From the NCBI GenBank assembly GCA_947085095.1, contig CAMTVD010000014.1, positions 128,001 through 192,000 on the forward strand: DNA of 64,000 nt, read 5' to 3'. The translations under genes were made by a program, and so were the position numbers. The notes beneath the pieces were generated by a model. That model searched no databases. It saw only the letters and a program-made list of their open reading frames with translations, and was not told where the DNA came from. This document shows, piece by piece, positions 9,078 to 18,022 of the stretch (positions are counted from its first letter, which is position 1; each line of letters starts with the position of its first letter). The stretch is from an uncultured Thermus sp. GTDB taxonomy: Bacteria; Deinococcota; Deinococci; Deinococcales; Thermaceae.

Positions 9078-9168
9078 GGAGGGTTGGCCGAGCGGTTGAA
9101 GGCGGCGGTCTTGAAAACCGCTGTGGGCCTTGCGCCCACCGGGGGTTCGAATCCCTCACCCTCCGCCA
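9078..9168 (+). tRNA. tRNA-Ser (anticodon TGA)
   Basis: GGAGGGT/ACCCTCC acceptor, GCGGT-CT-TGA-AA-ACCGC anticodon arm, long variable arm, GTTCGAATC, encoded CCA. Confidence 0.97.
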
Positions 9169-9176
9169 AAGCCCAT

Positions 9177-9271
<95 letters not shown>

Positions 9272-9272
9272 G

Positions 9273-9296
9273 GGCCCGGGAAAACCCGGGCCTTTT
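9273..9296 (+). terminator. Intrinsic terminator after the tRNA pair
   Basis: GGCCCGGG-AAAA-CCCGGGCC-TTTT. Confidence 0.8.
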
Positions 9297-9307
9297 ATCC
9301 TATAGGG

Positions 9308-9973
9308 GTGGTCCTCCCCTTGCCGCCCCTCCTCCCCTGCCGCTTCCTGAGGAGAATCAACCGCTTCCTGGTGGAGGCGGACGTGGGGCTCCTGCACCTC
9401 CCCAACTCCGGGCGCATGGGGGAGCTCCTCCTGCCCGGAACCCCCTGCCACTACCACCAAAGGCCCACCCCCAGGACCCTGGGCCGGATGGTCTTGCTGG
9501 AGCGCCAGGGGGTGCTGGTGGGGGTGGACGCCTCCCTGGCGGGGGACTTGCTGGAACTCCTCCTGCGCTCGGGCTATTTCGGGGCCCTGGAAGCCCTGAG
9601 GCGGGAGGTGCGCCTTCAGGGGGAGAGGCTGGACTTCTGGGCCAGGCTTTCCGGGAAGGAGGCCTTTTTGGAGGCCAAGAACTGCAACCGGGTGGAGGGA
9701 AGCCTGGCCCTCTTCCCCGACGCCCCCACCAGGAGGGGGGCCCGGCACCTCAGGCTCCTCGCCGACTTCGCCCGTCAAGGGGGAAGGGCCTACGCCGTCT
9801 GGATGGTGCAACACCCCCTGGCCCGGGGCTTCGCCTTGGACCCGGAGGACCAGGCGCTCTACCAGGCGGCCCGGGAGGCCAGGGAGGCGGGGGTGGGGCT
9901 CCTGGCCTTCCGGGTGCGCCCCACCCTGAGGGCACTTCGCGTGGAGGACCCCCTCCCCTGGATCTGGCCCTAG
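9308..9973 (+). CDS. sfsA: DNA/RNA nuclease SfsA (sugar fermentation stimulation protein)
   Basis: RRINRFLV...HLPNSGRMGELL...RLDF...EAKNC...FPDAPTRRGARHL. Confidence 0.92.
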   Translation: MVLPLPPLLPCRFLRRINRFLVEADVGLLHLPNSGRMGELLLPGTPCHYHQRPTPRTLGRMVLLERQGVLVGVDASLAGDLLELLLRSGYFGALEALRREVRLQGERLDFWARLSGKEAFLEAKNCNRVEGSLALFPDAPTRRGARHLRLLADFARQGGRAYAVWMVQHPLARGFALDPEDQALYQAAREAREAGVGLLAFRVRPTLRALRVEDPLPWIWP

Positions 9974-10716
9974 CCCCCCAGGAGGATCTGCAGGGCCACC
10001 ATGAGGGCCACGGCCAGGGTGAGGACGGTGGCCACCCCACCGGCCTCCGCCTCCTTGAGGGCCTCGGGGAGGATCTCCGCCACCGCCATCCAGATCATGG
10101 CCCCGGCGGCGAAGCCCAGGCCCACGGGCAGGGCAGGCTTGAAGAGCTCCACGAAGAGGAAGGCGGGCACGGCCATAAGGGGCTGGGGTAGGCTGGAGAA
10201 GACGCTCCAGAGGGCGGCCCCCAGGACGTTCACCCCCCTGGGGATGAGGACCAGGCTGATGGCCAGGCCCTCGGGAATGTTGTGCACGGCGATGGCCAGG
10301 GTGATGAAGACCCCCAGGGCCTCCCCGCCCCCGAAGGCCACCCCCACCCCCACCCCTTCGGCGAAGGAGTGGAGGGTCATGATGCCCACGATCATCAGGG
10401 CCTTGCGGGCGTCCAGGCCGTTTAGGGTGCCAAAACTCACCTCCCGGCCCCGGAGGTAACGGTGGGAGAGGAGGATGAAGAGGAGGCCCAAGAGGATGCC
10501 CAAAAGGGTCCGGGGGAGGCTCTCCTGCACCCCCTCGTAGATGAGGCCGAAGCTGGCGGAGAGCATAAGCCCGGCGGCGGCGGCGTTGGCCAGGCCCAGG
10601 TGCCGCTTAAGGATGTTCTTGGTGAAGAGGAAGGGTAGGGCCCCGAGCCCCGTGGCCACCGCGGTGAGCAGAGCGTAGAGGAAGACCGTCCCGGGGGAGA
10701 TGGGCAGAGCCTCCAT
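9970..10716 (-). CDS. ZIP family divalent metal transporter
   Basis: TLHSFAEGVGVG and AIAVHNIPEGLAIS motifs; start 10716 supported by the leaderless promoter. Confidence 0.92.
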   Translation of the reverse strand: MEALPISPGTVFLYALLTAVATGLGALPFLFTKNILKRHLGLANAAAAGLMLSASFGLIYEGVQESLPRTLLGILLGLLFILLSHRYLRGREVSFGTLNGLDARKALMIVGIMTLHSFAEGVGVGVAFGGGEALGVFITLAIAVHNIPEGLAISLVLIPRGVNVLGAALWSVFSSLPQPLMAVPAFLFVELFKPALPVGLGFAAGAMIWMAVAEILPEALKEAEAGGVATVLTLAVALMVALQILLGG

Positions 10717-10723
10717 GGCGGTC

Positions 10724-10755
10724 ATTTTATTGCAAGTGAGTATTGATAGCAATAA
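10724..10755 (-). promoter_or_regulatory. Promoter and overlapping inverted-repeat operator of the ZIP gene
   Basis: Minus strand TTGCTA-17bp-TAAAAT-N7-ATG; perfect 7-bp inverted repeat TTATTGC-N15-GCAATAA (10727-10755). Confidence 0.75.
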
Positions 10756-11419
10756 GCCACTCCCGCACCACCCGGGCCACCGTTTCCCGGTCCCGGTCCA
10801 GGAGGAGGTCGTGGCCGCTTTCCGGGAAGACCCGGTAATCCTTCCTGGGGCTTCCCAAAAGCTCATAGTACCGGCGCACCCCCTGGACCACGCGGTCCTG
10901 GCCCGCCTCCACCACCAGGGCGGGGGCCTGCACCTTGGGGAGGACCTCTGGGGTCCTTCGCATCAGGGCCAGAAGCTCCAGCACCGAGCGGGTGGGGAAG
11001 TAGGGGTAGTTGGGGTTGGCCTTTTTCAGCTCTGGGTCCCGGATGGAGTCGGGGCCGGGGAAGCGGGGGATGAGCCAGGCCAGGAGGGGGGCCAGGGGGG
11101 CCAGGGGGCTTTTCAGGGCCAGGGCGGGGGCTAGGGCCACCAGGGCCCTGGTGGGCCTCTCCGCCGCCAGGTGGGCGGCCAGGAGGGCCCCCATGGAAAG
11201 CCCCACCACCCCCCGGGGTTCGGGCAGGGCGGCGTAGGCCTCACGCGCCGCCAAAAGCCAGTCCTGCCAGCGCACCTTTAGGAGGTCCTCGGGCCTGGTG
11301 CCGTGGCCGGGAAGGGCGGGCTGGCTCACGGCAAACCCCGCCTCCCTCAGGACCTGGGGCAAAGGACCCAGGGTGAGGAGGGGGTGGGAGGTGAAGCCGT
11401 GCAGCAGGAGGAGGTTCAT
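10727..11419 (-). CDS. Carboxylesterase (alpha/beta hydrolase, YvaK-like)
   Basis: LLHGFTS, LPGHGT, GLSMG, QDRVV, SGH. Confidence 0.92.
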   Translation of the reverse strand: MNLLLLHGFTSHPLLTLGPLPQVLREAGFAVSQPALPGHGTRPEDLLKVRWQDWLLAAREAYAALPEPRGVVGLSMGALLAAHLAAERPTRALVALAPALALKSPLAPLAPLLAWLIPRFPGPDSIRDPELKKANPNYPYFPTRSVLELLALMRRTPEVLPKVQAPALVVEAGQDRVVQGVRRYYELLGSPRKDYRVFPESGHDLLLDRDRETVARVVREWLIAINTHLQ

Positions 11420-11474
11420 GCCTCAGAATACCCCGTCTGGACGCCCGAGGAGGGGCATGGTAAAACGGGGGGGA

Positions 11475-12257
11475 ATGCTTTCGGGCAACCTCGCGGAGTT
11501 CCCTTTTCCTTCCCTGGTGGGCGCCCTCATGCAGGCGGGGCGCACGGGGCGGCTCCTCCTCCGCCCCCCTTTTTTGGAGGCCGAGGTCTACCTGAGGGGT
11601 GGCCAGGTGGTCCACGCCCGGGTCCAGGCCGGGGAGCGGGCCCTCGAGGGGGAGGAGGCCTTGGACCTCCTGGTGGGGCTCAAGCGCGCCCCCTTTGCCT
11701 TTGAGCCCGAGGTCCTCCCTCCTCACACCACCCTCCTCGGGGGGCTTTTGGTCCCCGCCCGGTTGGCAGAGGCCCAGGCTGTTTGGCAGGGGCTGGACCT
11801 CCCCACCGACTGGGGGTATATTCTCCGCCTCTCCCCGGGGGGTGGGGAGGTGGAGCTTTCCCCGGAGGTTCTGGGGGTGCTGGCCCAGGTGGAGGGGAGG
11901 CGCATCGCCGAGGTGCTTCTGGCCCCGGGCCCCTTGCGCTTGGCCCGCGTCCTGAACACCCTCTTGGGGATGGGGATTCTGGAGGCCGTTCCCCAGGTGG
12001 CCATTTCCCCCACCCCCCTCCTGGTCCTCCCCATCTACGGCCCGGGCTCGGGGGTGGCCTACGTGGACGAGCCCCTTTACGCGGGGTGGGCCCGGGCCAT
12101 CCGCCACGGGTTCCGCCTCAGGTTGAACCCTATGGGGATCCTCATGGAGGTGCGCCCCAGGCCCAACATCCCCGGGCGGCTGGGGCTTTTGGAGGAGGAC
12201 CTTAGACGCCTCCGCCTGCGCCGGGGGGATAAGGTGGAGGTGGTGCCGGAGGTGTAG
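11475..12257 (+). CDS. DUF4388 (PATAN-like) domain protein
   Basis: LSGNLAEFPFPSLVGALMQAGRTGRLLL...EVYLRGGQVVHA...GEEAL...FAF N-terminal signature. Confidence 0.85.
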   Translation: MLSGNLAEFPFPSLVGALMQAGRTGRLLLRPPFLEAEVYLRGGQVVHARVQAGERALEGEEALDLLVGLKRAPFAFEPEVLPPHTTLLGGLLVPARLAEAQAVWQGLDLPTDWGYILRLSPGGGEVELSPEVLGVLAQVEGRRIAEVLLAPGPLRLARVLNTLLGMGILEAVPQVAISPTPLLVLPIYGPGSGVAYVDEPLYAGWARAIRHGFRLRLNPMGILMEVRPRPNIPGRLGLLEEDLRRLRLRRGDKVEVVPEV

Positions 12258-12259
12258 GC

Positions 12260-13615
12260 ATGGATATCCTGACCCTGAACGAGTATCTGAACCGTATCGT
12301 CTACGGCTTCCCCATGAAGCTGGTCTTCCTCCTGGTGGGGGCCTATCTGGTCATCTTCCGGATCCGCTGGTTCAGCGCCCCCTTGCGGATGCTGAGGGTT
12401 TCCTTCAGCGAAACCTTCGGGGCCATCCGCGAGCGAGCCTACGGCTTCGGCGGCCAGATCACCCCCTTCCAGGCCACCATGGTGGCCCTTTCCGCCACCA
12501 TCGGCACCGGCCACCTCCTCGGCATGCTGGCGGCGGTGCTTCTGGGAGGCCCCGGGGCCGTCTTCTGGATGTGGGTGGGCTACTTTTTTGGTACGGGCAG
12601 CAAGTTCGCCGAGGCCACCCTGGCGGTGCACTACCGCCGCCGCTACGCCGACGGCTCGGTGTCCGGGGGGCCCATGCACTACCTCTACCGGGGCCTGCCC
12701 AAGCTCAGGTTTCTGGCCTACCTTTTCGCCTTCTTCGCCGCGCTGAGCGCCTTCGGCATCGGCAACCTGGCCCAGGCGGGGGCGGTGGGCGGGGCCCTTT
12801 CCCCCTTGGGGGCTCCCCCGGCCCTGGTGGGCCTCCTCCTGGCCCTCCTGGTGGGGGTGGTCCTGGGCGGGGGGATCGTCTGGGTGGCCCGCTTTGCCCA
12901 GGTGGTGGTGCCTTTGAAGCTCCTCCTCTTCCTTTTGGCCATGGGGCCCCTCCTCGTCCTCTACGGAGGGCGGCTTTGGGAGGCGCTTTCCCTGGTCTTC
13001 CAGGCCGCCTTCAGCCCCGAGGCCGCCCTAGGGGGGGCGGCGGGGTACAGCCTCTACGCCGCCATCAACGCTGGCCTTGGCCGGGGGATCTTCGCCAACG
13101 AGGCGGGGCTGGGCTCCGCGGCCATCGCCCACGCCCAGGCCCAGGTGGACCACCCCGTGCGCCAGGGGTTCTGGGGGGTCACGGAGATGTTCGTGAGCTT
13201 CCTGGTCACCAGCCTCACCGCCCTCACCTTCATCGCCTCGGGGCTTTGGCAGAAGGGGGGAAGCGCCACCGAGGCGGCCCAGGCCCTCTTCCAGGCCCAT
13301 CCCTTGGGCGGGGTGATCCTGGCCCTTACCGTGGCCGTCTTCGCCCTGGGGACCATGGTGGCCTGGGGCTTCTACGGGGAGGAGGCCGCCGCCTTCCTCT
13401 TCGGCGAGGGAATCCGCTGGCCCTACCGCCTTACCTTCGCCACCCTGGCCTTCGTGGGGCCCTTGGGGGGCCTCGAGGCCTTCCTGGCCATCTCCGACAC
13501 CCTAAACGGCCTCATGGCCCTCCCCAACCTCCTGGGCCTGGTCCTCCTCGGGGGGGTGGTGGGGCGGCTCGTCTACGGCTTCTTCCGCGGGGAGCCCTGG
13601 GTGCCGCCCCGCTAG
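12260..13615 (+). CDS. Alanine/glycine:cation symporter (AGCS family)
   Basis: ITPFQA..ALSATIGTG, GGPGAVFWMW, GGPMHY, RGIFANEAGLGSA, NGLMALPN. Confidence 0.95.
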   Translation: MDILTLNEYLNRIVYGFPMKLVFLLVGAYLVIFRIRWFSAPLRMLRVSFSETFGAIRERAYGFGGQITPFQATMVALSATIGTGHLLGMLAAVLLGGPGAVFWMWVGYFFGTGSKFAEATLAVHYRRRYADGSVSGGPMHYLYRGLPKLRFLAYLFAFFAALSAFGIGNLAQAGAVGGALSPLGAPPALVGLLLALLVGVVLGGGIVWVARFAQVVVPLKLLLFLLAMGPLLVLYGGRLWEALSLVFQAAFSPEAALGGAAGYSLYAAINAGLGRGIFANEAGLGSAAIAHAQAQVDHPVRQGFWGVTEMFVSFLVTSLTALTFIASGLWQKGGSATEAAQALFQAHPLGGVILALTVAVFALGTMVAWGFYGEEAAAFLFGEGIRWPYRLTFATLAFVGPLGGLEAFLAISDTLNGLMALPNLLGLVLLGGVVGRLVYGFFRGEPWVPPR

Positions 13616-14010
13616 CGGAAAAGCTCCCTTACCGCCTTTTCCAGCTCCTCCCCCGCCTTTTTGTCCAGGGTGAGCTTGACCTTGAGGGCCACCCGCAGGG
13701 CCTCCTCCTCGAGGGCCTCCCGGCTTTGGCACTCCTCCAGCCGCTTCACCAAGGGCTCGGCCCGGGGACCCAGACGGGCCTTGAGGAGGTCCACGAGCCT
13801 CCTGCAGAGCTCCGTGGGCCCTTCCACGGGGACGATCAGGCCCCGCTTCAGGAGATCCGCCAGGACCAGGTAGGCCTTCTCCCCCAGGCCGCTATCCCGC
13901 ACCACCTCCTCCTCGGTGCGCCGCCCATCGCAGAGGGTGTAGACCCGCCACTCCTCGGGGGTGGGCTTCCAGTCGCCCTCGGGGGGGTTGGGGTTGCGGC
14001 GGAAGATCAT
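13612..14010 (-). CDS. Hypothetical protein with wHTH-like N-terminal half
   Basis: TPEEWRVYTLCDGRRTEEEVVRDSGL...LADLLKRGLI; Thermus-like codon usage. Confidence 0.8.
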   Translation of the reverse strand: MIFRRNPNPPEGDWKPTPEEWRVYTLCDGRRTEEEVVRDSGLGEKAYLVLADLLKRGLIVPVEGPTELCRRLVDLLKARLGPRAEPLVKRLEECQSREALEEEALRVALKVKLTLDKKAGEELEKAVRELFR

Positions 14011-14012
14011 GG

Positions 14013-14297
14013 TTAGAGGGAGGCCACCACGGCCTCCACCAGCCTCAGGACCAGGTAGACGAAGATCGCTCCCAGGAGGAGGATGAGGGAGAGGAGGAGA
14101 AGGAGGAGGCTAGAAGGCTCCTGCCAGGTGAGGAGGAGGACCCCCAGGTAGGCCAGGGCGAAGAAGGCGATGAGGAAGAGGAGCTGCTTCATCCTTTCCC
14201 CCACGATCCCCCCGGGGGTGGACCCCTTGAGACGGAAGCCGTAGAGGGTGTTGTAGGCCATTACCACCAAGCCCATGAGGAGCAGGATCTTTTCCAT
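14013..14297 (-). CDS. Small three-TM membrane protein
   Basis: Three hydrophobic segments around PGGIVGER; TAGAGT-N6-ATG; 2 nt from the next gene. Confidence 0.8.
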   Translation of the reverse strand: MEKILLLMGLVVMAYNTLYGFRLKGSTPGGIVGERMKQLLFLIAFFALAYLGVLLLTWQEPSSLLLLLLSLILLLGAIFVYLVLRLVEAVVASL

Positions 14298-14306
14298 AAA
14301 CCCACT

Positions 14307-14585
14307 CTACCCTACCCATTCCCGGATGGGAACCAGCTCCCCCCCCTGGACCTCCTTGCGCACGGGGCGGTAACGGCGGTCAAACCAGATCTCCAGCACC
14401 GCCCGGTCCAGGCTCCTGGGGGCCACGATCTCCTTGCGCACAAAATAGCCCGTTTCCGTGGGGGAGATCTCCATGCTCTTGGAGAGCCTGATCTCCACCA
14501 CCTCCCCGCTTCTTGTGCGCACCCGCACCCGGAAGGCCAGGGGTCCTTCGGGCTTCACGTGGGGGTCCCTGCGGAAAAACCACAC
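14307..14585 (-). CDS. Hypothetical beta-rich protein (92 aa)
   Basis: GTG 14585 after GGAGG: VWFFRRDPHVKPEGPLAFRVRV...GYFVRKEIV...EIWFD (C-terminal part of the tracked ORF 14307-15281). Confidence 0.75.
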   Translation of the reverse strand: MWFFRRDPHVKPEGPLAFRVRVRTRSGEVVEIRLSKSMEISPTETGYFVRKEIVAPRSLDRAVLEIWFDRRYRPVRKEVQGGELVPIREWVG

Positions 14586-14587
14586 GG

Positions 14588-15064
14588 CTACGCCTCCTTG
14601 AGGTCCGCCACCTGGGCCCCGGTGAGGGCGAGGAGCTCTTCCGGGGTGAGGGCGAAGAGGGCCTTGGGGGTGCCCCCCGCTGCCCATACCCGAGGGTAGG
14701 CCAGCAGGTCCCGATCCAGGAAGGCGGGGAGGGGGGTGTTGTGGCCCACGGGCGGCACCCCGCCGATGGCGTAACCCGTGAGGGCCCGCACCTCCTCCGG
14801 CGTGGCCCGGCGTAAGGAGCCCCCCACCAGGGCCTCGGCCTTCTTGGGGTCCAGGCGGTTTTTTCCGCTTACCAGGAAGAGGTAAGCCCCTCCTTCCCCC
14901 ATGAAGACCAGGCTCTTCACGATCTGCCCCACCCCGGCCCCCACCGCCTTTGCCGCCTCCTCCGCCGTGCGGGTGGAGGCGGGGAGTTCCGTCACCTGGA
15001 GGTGGGGGAAACCCCGCCCCTTCAAGGCTTCCTGGACCCTTTGGGCGGAAGGGGAGAGGCTCAT
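14588..15064 (-). CDS. YbaK/EbsC family aminoacyl-tRNA deacylase-like protein
   Basis: TRTAEEAA, QIVKSLVF, TGYAIGGVPPVGH, WAAGGTP. Confidence 0.93.
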   Translation of the reverse strand: MSLSPSAQRVQEALKGRGFPHLQVTELPASTRTAEEAAKAVGAGVGQIVKSLVFMGEGGAYLFLVSGKNRLDPKKAEALVGGSLRRATPEEVRALTGYAIGGVPPVGHNTPLPAFLDRDLLAYPRVWAAGGTPKALFALTPEELLALTGAQVADLKEA

Positions 15065-16176
15065 AGGGCGTAGAGGAGCTCGGCCAGGAGGGCGGCCCGC
15101 CGGGGGATCTCCGGCACCACCACGTACTCCGTCCGCTGGTGGGCATCCCCGCCGAAAAGACCCAGGCCGTCCAGGGTGGGCACCCCCAAGGCGGCGGTGA
15201 AGTTGCCGTCGGAGCCGCCCCCCACCCGGCCTGGCCTGAGGCTGAGGCCCAGGCTTTCCCCGATGGCCCGGGCCTTTTCAAAGAGGGCCAGGCTTTCCGG
15301 GGTGGGCTCCATGGGGGGGCGGTTGAGCCCGCCGGAAAGCGCCAGCTTGGCCCCGGGGAGGAGGGGCCTAAGAGCCTTGAGGCCCTCCTCCACCCGCCTC
15401 GCCTCCTCCAGGGTCCAGGCCCTGAGGTCTATTTCCACCCAGGCCTCCTCGGCCACCACGTTGCTTACCGTGCCCCCCCGGATCACGTTGGGACCCAGGG
15501 TGGTGCCTTTTTCCCGGTCCTCGAGGGCCGCCACCTTGAGGACCTGGTGGGCGAGCTCCAGGATGGCGTTCACCCCCTTTTCCGGCTCCACCCCCTGGTG
15601 GGCCGCTTTCCCCAGGGCCTTGAGGCGGTAAAGGCCCACCCCCTTGCGGGCCACCTTCAGGTCCCCTTCCGCCGTGGGGGGCTCCAGGACCAAGGCGGCC
15701 CGGGCCTTTTTGGCGGCGGCCTCTATGAGGGGGCGGCTTTCCGGGGAGCCCACCTCCTCGTCGGGGGTGAAGAGGATTTCCAGGGGGGGAAGCCTCCTTC
15801 CCGTGGCCTCCGCGTGGCGCAGGGCGTAGAGGAGGGCGATGATCCCCCCCTTCATGTCGTAGACCCCGGGGCCTACGGCCCGGTCCCGCTCCAGGCGGAA
15901 GGCCTCGGGGAAGCTCCCCTTGGGGTGGACGGTGTCGTAGTGGCAGAGGACGAGGACCGGGGAGCCTTCCCCTTCCCGCTTCAGGAGGAGGACGGGGCCT
16001 TTAGGGGTGTCCTTACGGGAAAGCCGCCCCTTAAGGGGTCCAAAGGCCTCCTCCACGAAGAGGGCCGCTTCCTTGAGGCCCGCCAGGTCCCCCGAGGGGG
16101 ACTCCCGGCGCACGAAGGCCTCGAGGTCCTTGAGGAAGGAGGGCAGGTTAGCCTTCATCCATTCCCAGGTTTCCAT
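15061..16176 (-). CDS. M20 family metallopeptidase (glutamate carboxypeptidase-like)
   Basis: LCHYDTV, GPGVYDMKGG, DEEVGS, GKAAHQG, GGGSDGN, AHQRTEY; CATAAT-N6-ATG at 16176. Confidence 0.93.
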   Translation of the reverse strand: METWEWMKANLPSFLKDLEAFVRRESPSGDLAGLKEAALFVEEAFGPLKGRLSRKDTPKGPVLLLKREGEGSPVLVLCHYDTVHPKGSFPEAFRLERDRAVGPGVYDMKGGIIALLYALRHAEATGRRLPPLEILFTPDEEVGSPESRPLIEAAAKKARAALVLEPPTAEGDLKVARKGVGLYRLKALGKAAHQGVEPEKGVNAILELAHQVLKVAALEDREKGTTLGPNVIRGGTVSNVVAEEAWVEIDLRAWTLEEARRVEEGLKALRPLLPGAKLALSGGLNRPPMEPTPESLALFEKARAIGESLGLSLRPGRVGGGSDGNFTAALGVPTLDGLGLFGGDAHQRTEYVVVPEIPRRAALLAELLYAL

Positions 16177-16214
16177 GGTCTCATTATGCCTTGGGGGCGG
16201 GAGGCCTGTGCCCC

Positions 16215-16243
16215 TTGGCAAAGAGCACCCCCCGTGGTATAAA
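16215..16243 (+). promoter_or_regulatory. rpsA promoter
   Basis: TTGGCA-17bp-TATAAA with an extended TG; about 125 nt leader. Confidence 0.65.
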
Positions 16244-16372
16244 AGAAGGGTATGCCCTTCGGGGCCGGTTCACACGGGAGGGGGAAATAGGCTTCTCCCC
16301 CGCCTTTTCGTGTGAGCGCGCTTAGAGCGCCCGCCTTCCCGAGGGAAGGCGTGTAAGGAGGAAAGAGGCGGC

Positions 16373-17971
16373 ATGGAAGAAAAGGCGACCCAGACCCCAG
16401 AAAAGACCTTCAGCATGGAACAGGCCCTTCAGGAAACCGAGGCCCGCCTGGAGAAGCGGGTGCGCCCCGGCCAGGTCCTGACGGGCAAGGTGGTCTTGGT
16501 GGGTTCCGAAGGCGTGGCGGTGGACATCGGCGCGAAGACGGAAGGCATCATTCCCTTCAACCAGCTCACGGAGAAACCCCTTTCCGAGGAGGAGCTCAAG
16601 GGGCTCCTCAAGCCGGGGGACGAGGTGCGGGTTCAGGTGCTCCGGGTGGACCCCGAGACCGGGCAGATCCTCCTTTCCCGCAAGAAGGTGGAGGCCACGG
16701 AGCACTGGGACCGCATCCGGGAGCTCTACGAAAAGGGCGAGCCGGTCACCGTCAGCGTGAAGGAGAAGGTCAAGGGGGGCTTGGTCGCCGAGCTGGACGG
16801 CGTGCAGGCCTTCATCCCCGCTTCCCAGCTGGACCTCAGGCGCATCCCCAACCTGGACGCCTACGTGGGCCAGCAGCTCCTGGTCAAGATCATTGAGTTC
16901 CACCGGAAGAAGGGGCGGGTCCTCCTCTCCCGCCGGGCGGTCCTCGAGGAGGAGCAGAAAAAGGCCAAGGAGGCCTTCTTCCAGAGCTTGGCCCCCGGCC
17001 AGGTGGTGGAGGGGACCGTGGTGGACGTGACCGAGTTCGGGGCCTTCGTCAACCTGGGGCCCGTGGACGGCCTGGTGCACCGTTCCGAGATCACCTGGGG
17101 GCGGTTTAACCACCCCAAGGAGGTCATCCACAAGGGGCAGAAGGTGCGGGCCCAGGTGGTTTCCGTGGACCCCGAGAAGGAGCGGGTCAACCTTTCCATC
17201 AAGGCCCTGATCCCCGATCCCTGGACCACCGTGGCCGAGAAGTACCCGGTGGGAAGTCGGGTGCGGGGCAAGGTGGTGGGCCTCACCCAGTTCGGGGCCT
17301 TCGTGGAGGTGGAGCCTGGCCTCGAGGGGCTCATCCACATCTCCGAACTCTCCTGGACCAAAAGGCCCAAGCACCCCTCCGAGGTGGTGAAGGAGGGGGA
17401 CGAGGTGGAGGCGGTGGTCCTTCGGCTGGACCCCAGTGAGCGCCGCCTTTCCCTAGGGCTCAAGCAGACCCAGCCCGATCCCTGGCAGCAGTTGGTGGAG
17501 AAATACCCTCCCGGTACCGTGGTCAAGGGCAAGGTTACCGGGGTCACGGACTTCGGCGTCTTCGTGGAGCTGGAGCCCGGCATGGAGGGCCTGGTCCACG
17601 TCTCCGAGCTGGACCACGCCCGGGTGGAGAACCCCGCCGCCCTCTTCAAGAAAGGAGAGGAGATGGAGGTGGTGGTCCTCAACATTGACCCCGTGGAGCA
17701 GCGCATCTCCCTTTCCCGCAAGCGCCTCCTGCCCCCGCCCCCGCCCAAGACGGAGGAGGAGCGTCCCCGCCGGGCCAAGGGCAAGGAGGTCCGGGGCAAG
17801 CGCAAGCCCAAAGGCCGCCCGGAGGAGCGCCGGGAGTACGAGTACGGGGCCGTGGCCGAGTACAACCTCTACGATGCCTCCGCCGTGCCCACCGCCACCA
17901 CCAGCGTGAAGCTGGGCGACCTCTACGGGGACCTCCTGGCCAGCCTGGGGCTGGAAGAGGAGAAGAAGTAG
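16373..17971 (+). CDS. rpsA: 30S ribosomal protein S1
   Basis: Five S1 repeats (FGAFV...GLVHxSE) and a basic C-terminal tail; AAGGAGG RBS. Confidence 0.97.
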   Translation: MEEKATQTPEKTFSMEQALQETEARLEKRVRPGQVLTGKVVLVGSEGVAVDIGAKTEGIIPFNQLTEKPLSEEELKGLLKPGDEVRVQVLRVDPETGQILLSRKKVEATEHWDRIRELYEKGEPVTVSVKEKVKGGLVAELDGVQAFIPASQLDLRRIPNLDAYVGQQLLVKIIEFHRKKGRVLLSRRAVLEEEQKKAKEAFFQSLAPGQVVEGTVVDVTEFGAFVNLGPVDGLVHRSEITWGRFNHPKEVIHKGQKVRAQVVSVDPEKERVNLSIKALIPDPWTTVAEKYPVGSRVRGKVVGLTQFGAFVEVEPGLEGLIHISELSWTKRPKHPSEVVKEGDEVEAVVLRLDPSERRLSLGLKQTQPDPWQQLVEKYPPGTVVKGKVTGVTDFGVFVELEPGMEGLVHVSELDHARVENPAALFKKGEEMEVVVLNIDPVEQRISLSRKRLLPPPPPKTEEERPRRAKGKEVRGKRKPKGRPEERREYEYGAVAEYNLYDASAVPTATTSVKLGDLYGDLLASLGLEEEKK

Positions 17972-17979
17972 GAGGCGGT

Positions 17980-18009
17980 AAAAAAGCCCCCGCCCGAGGG
18001 CGGGGGCTT
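17980..18009 (-). terminator. Intrinsic terminator between convergent rpsA and fbcB (probably bidirectional)
   Basis: AAAAAAGCCCCCGCCC-GA-GGGCGGGGGCTT. Confidence 0.85.
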
Positions 18010-18022
18010 CCGCTTTCCGGGC

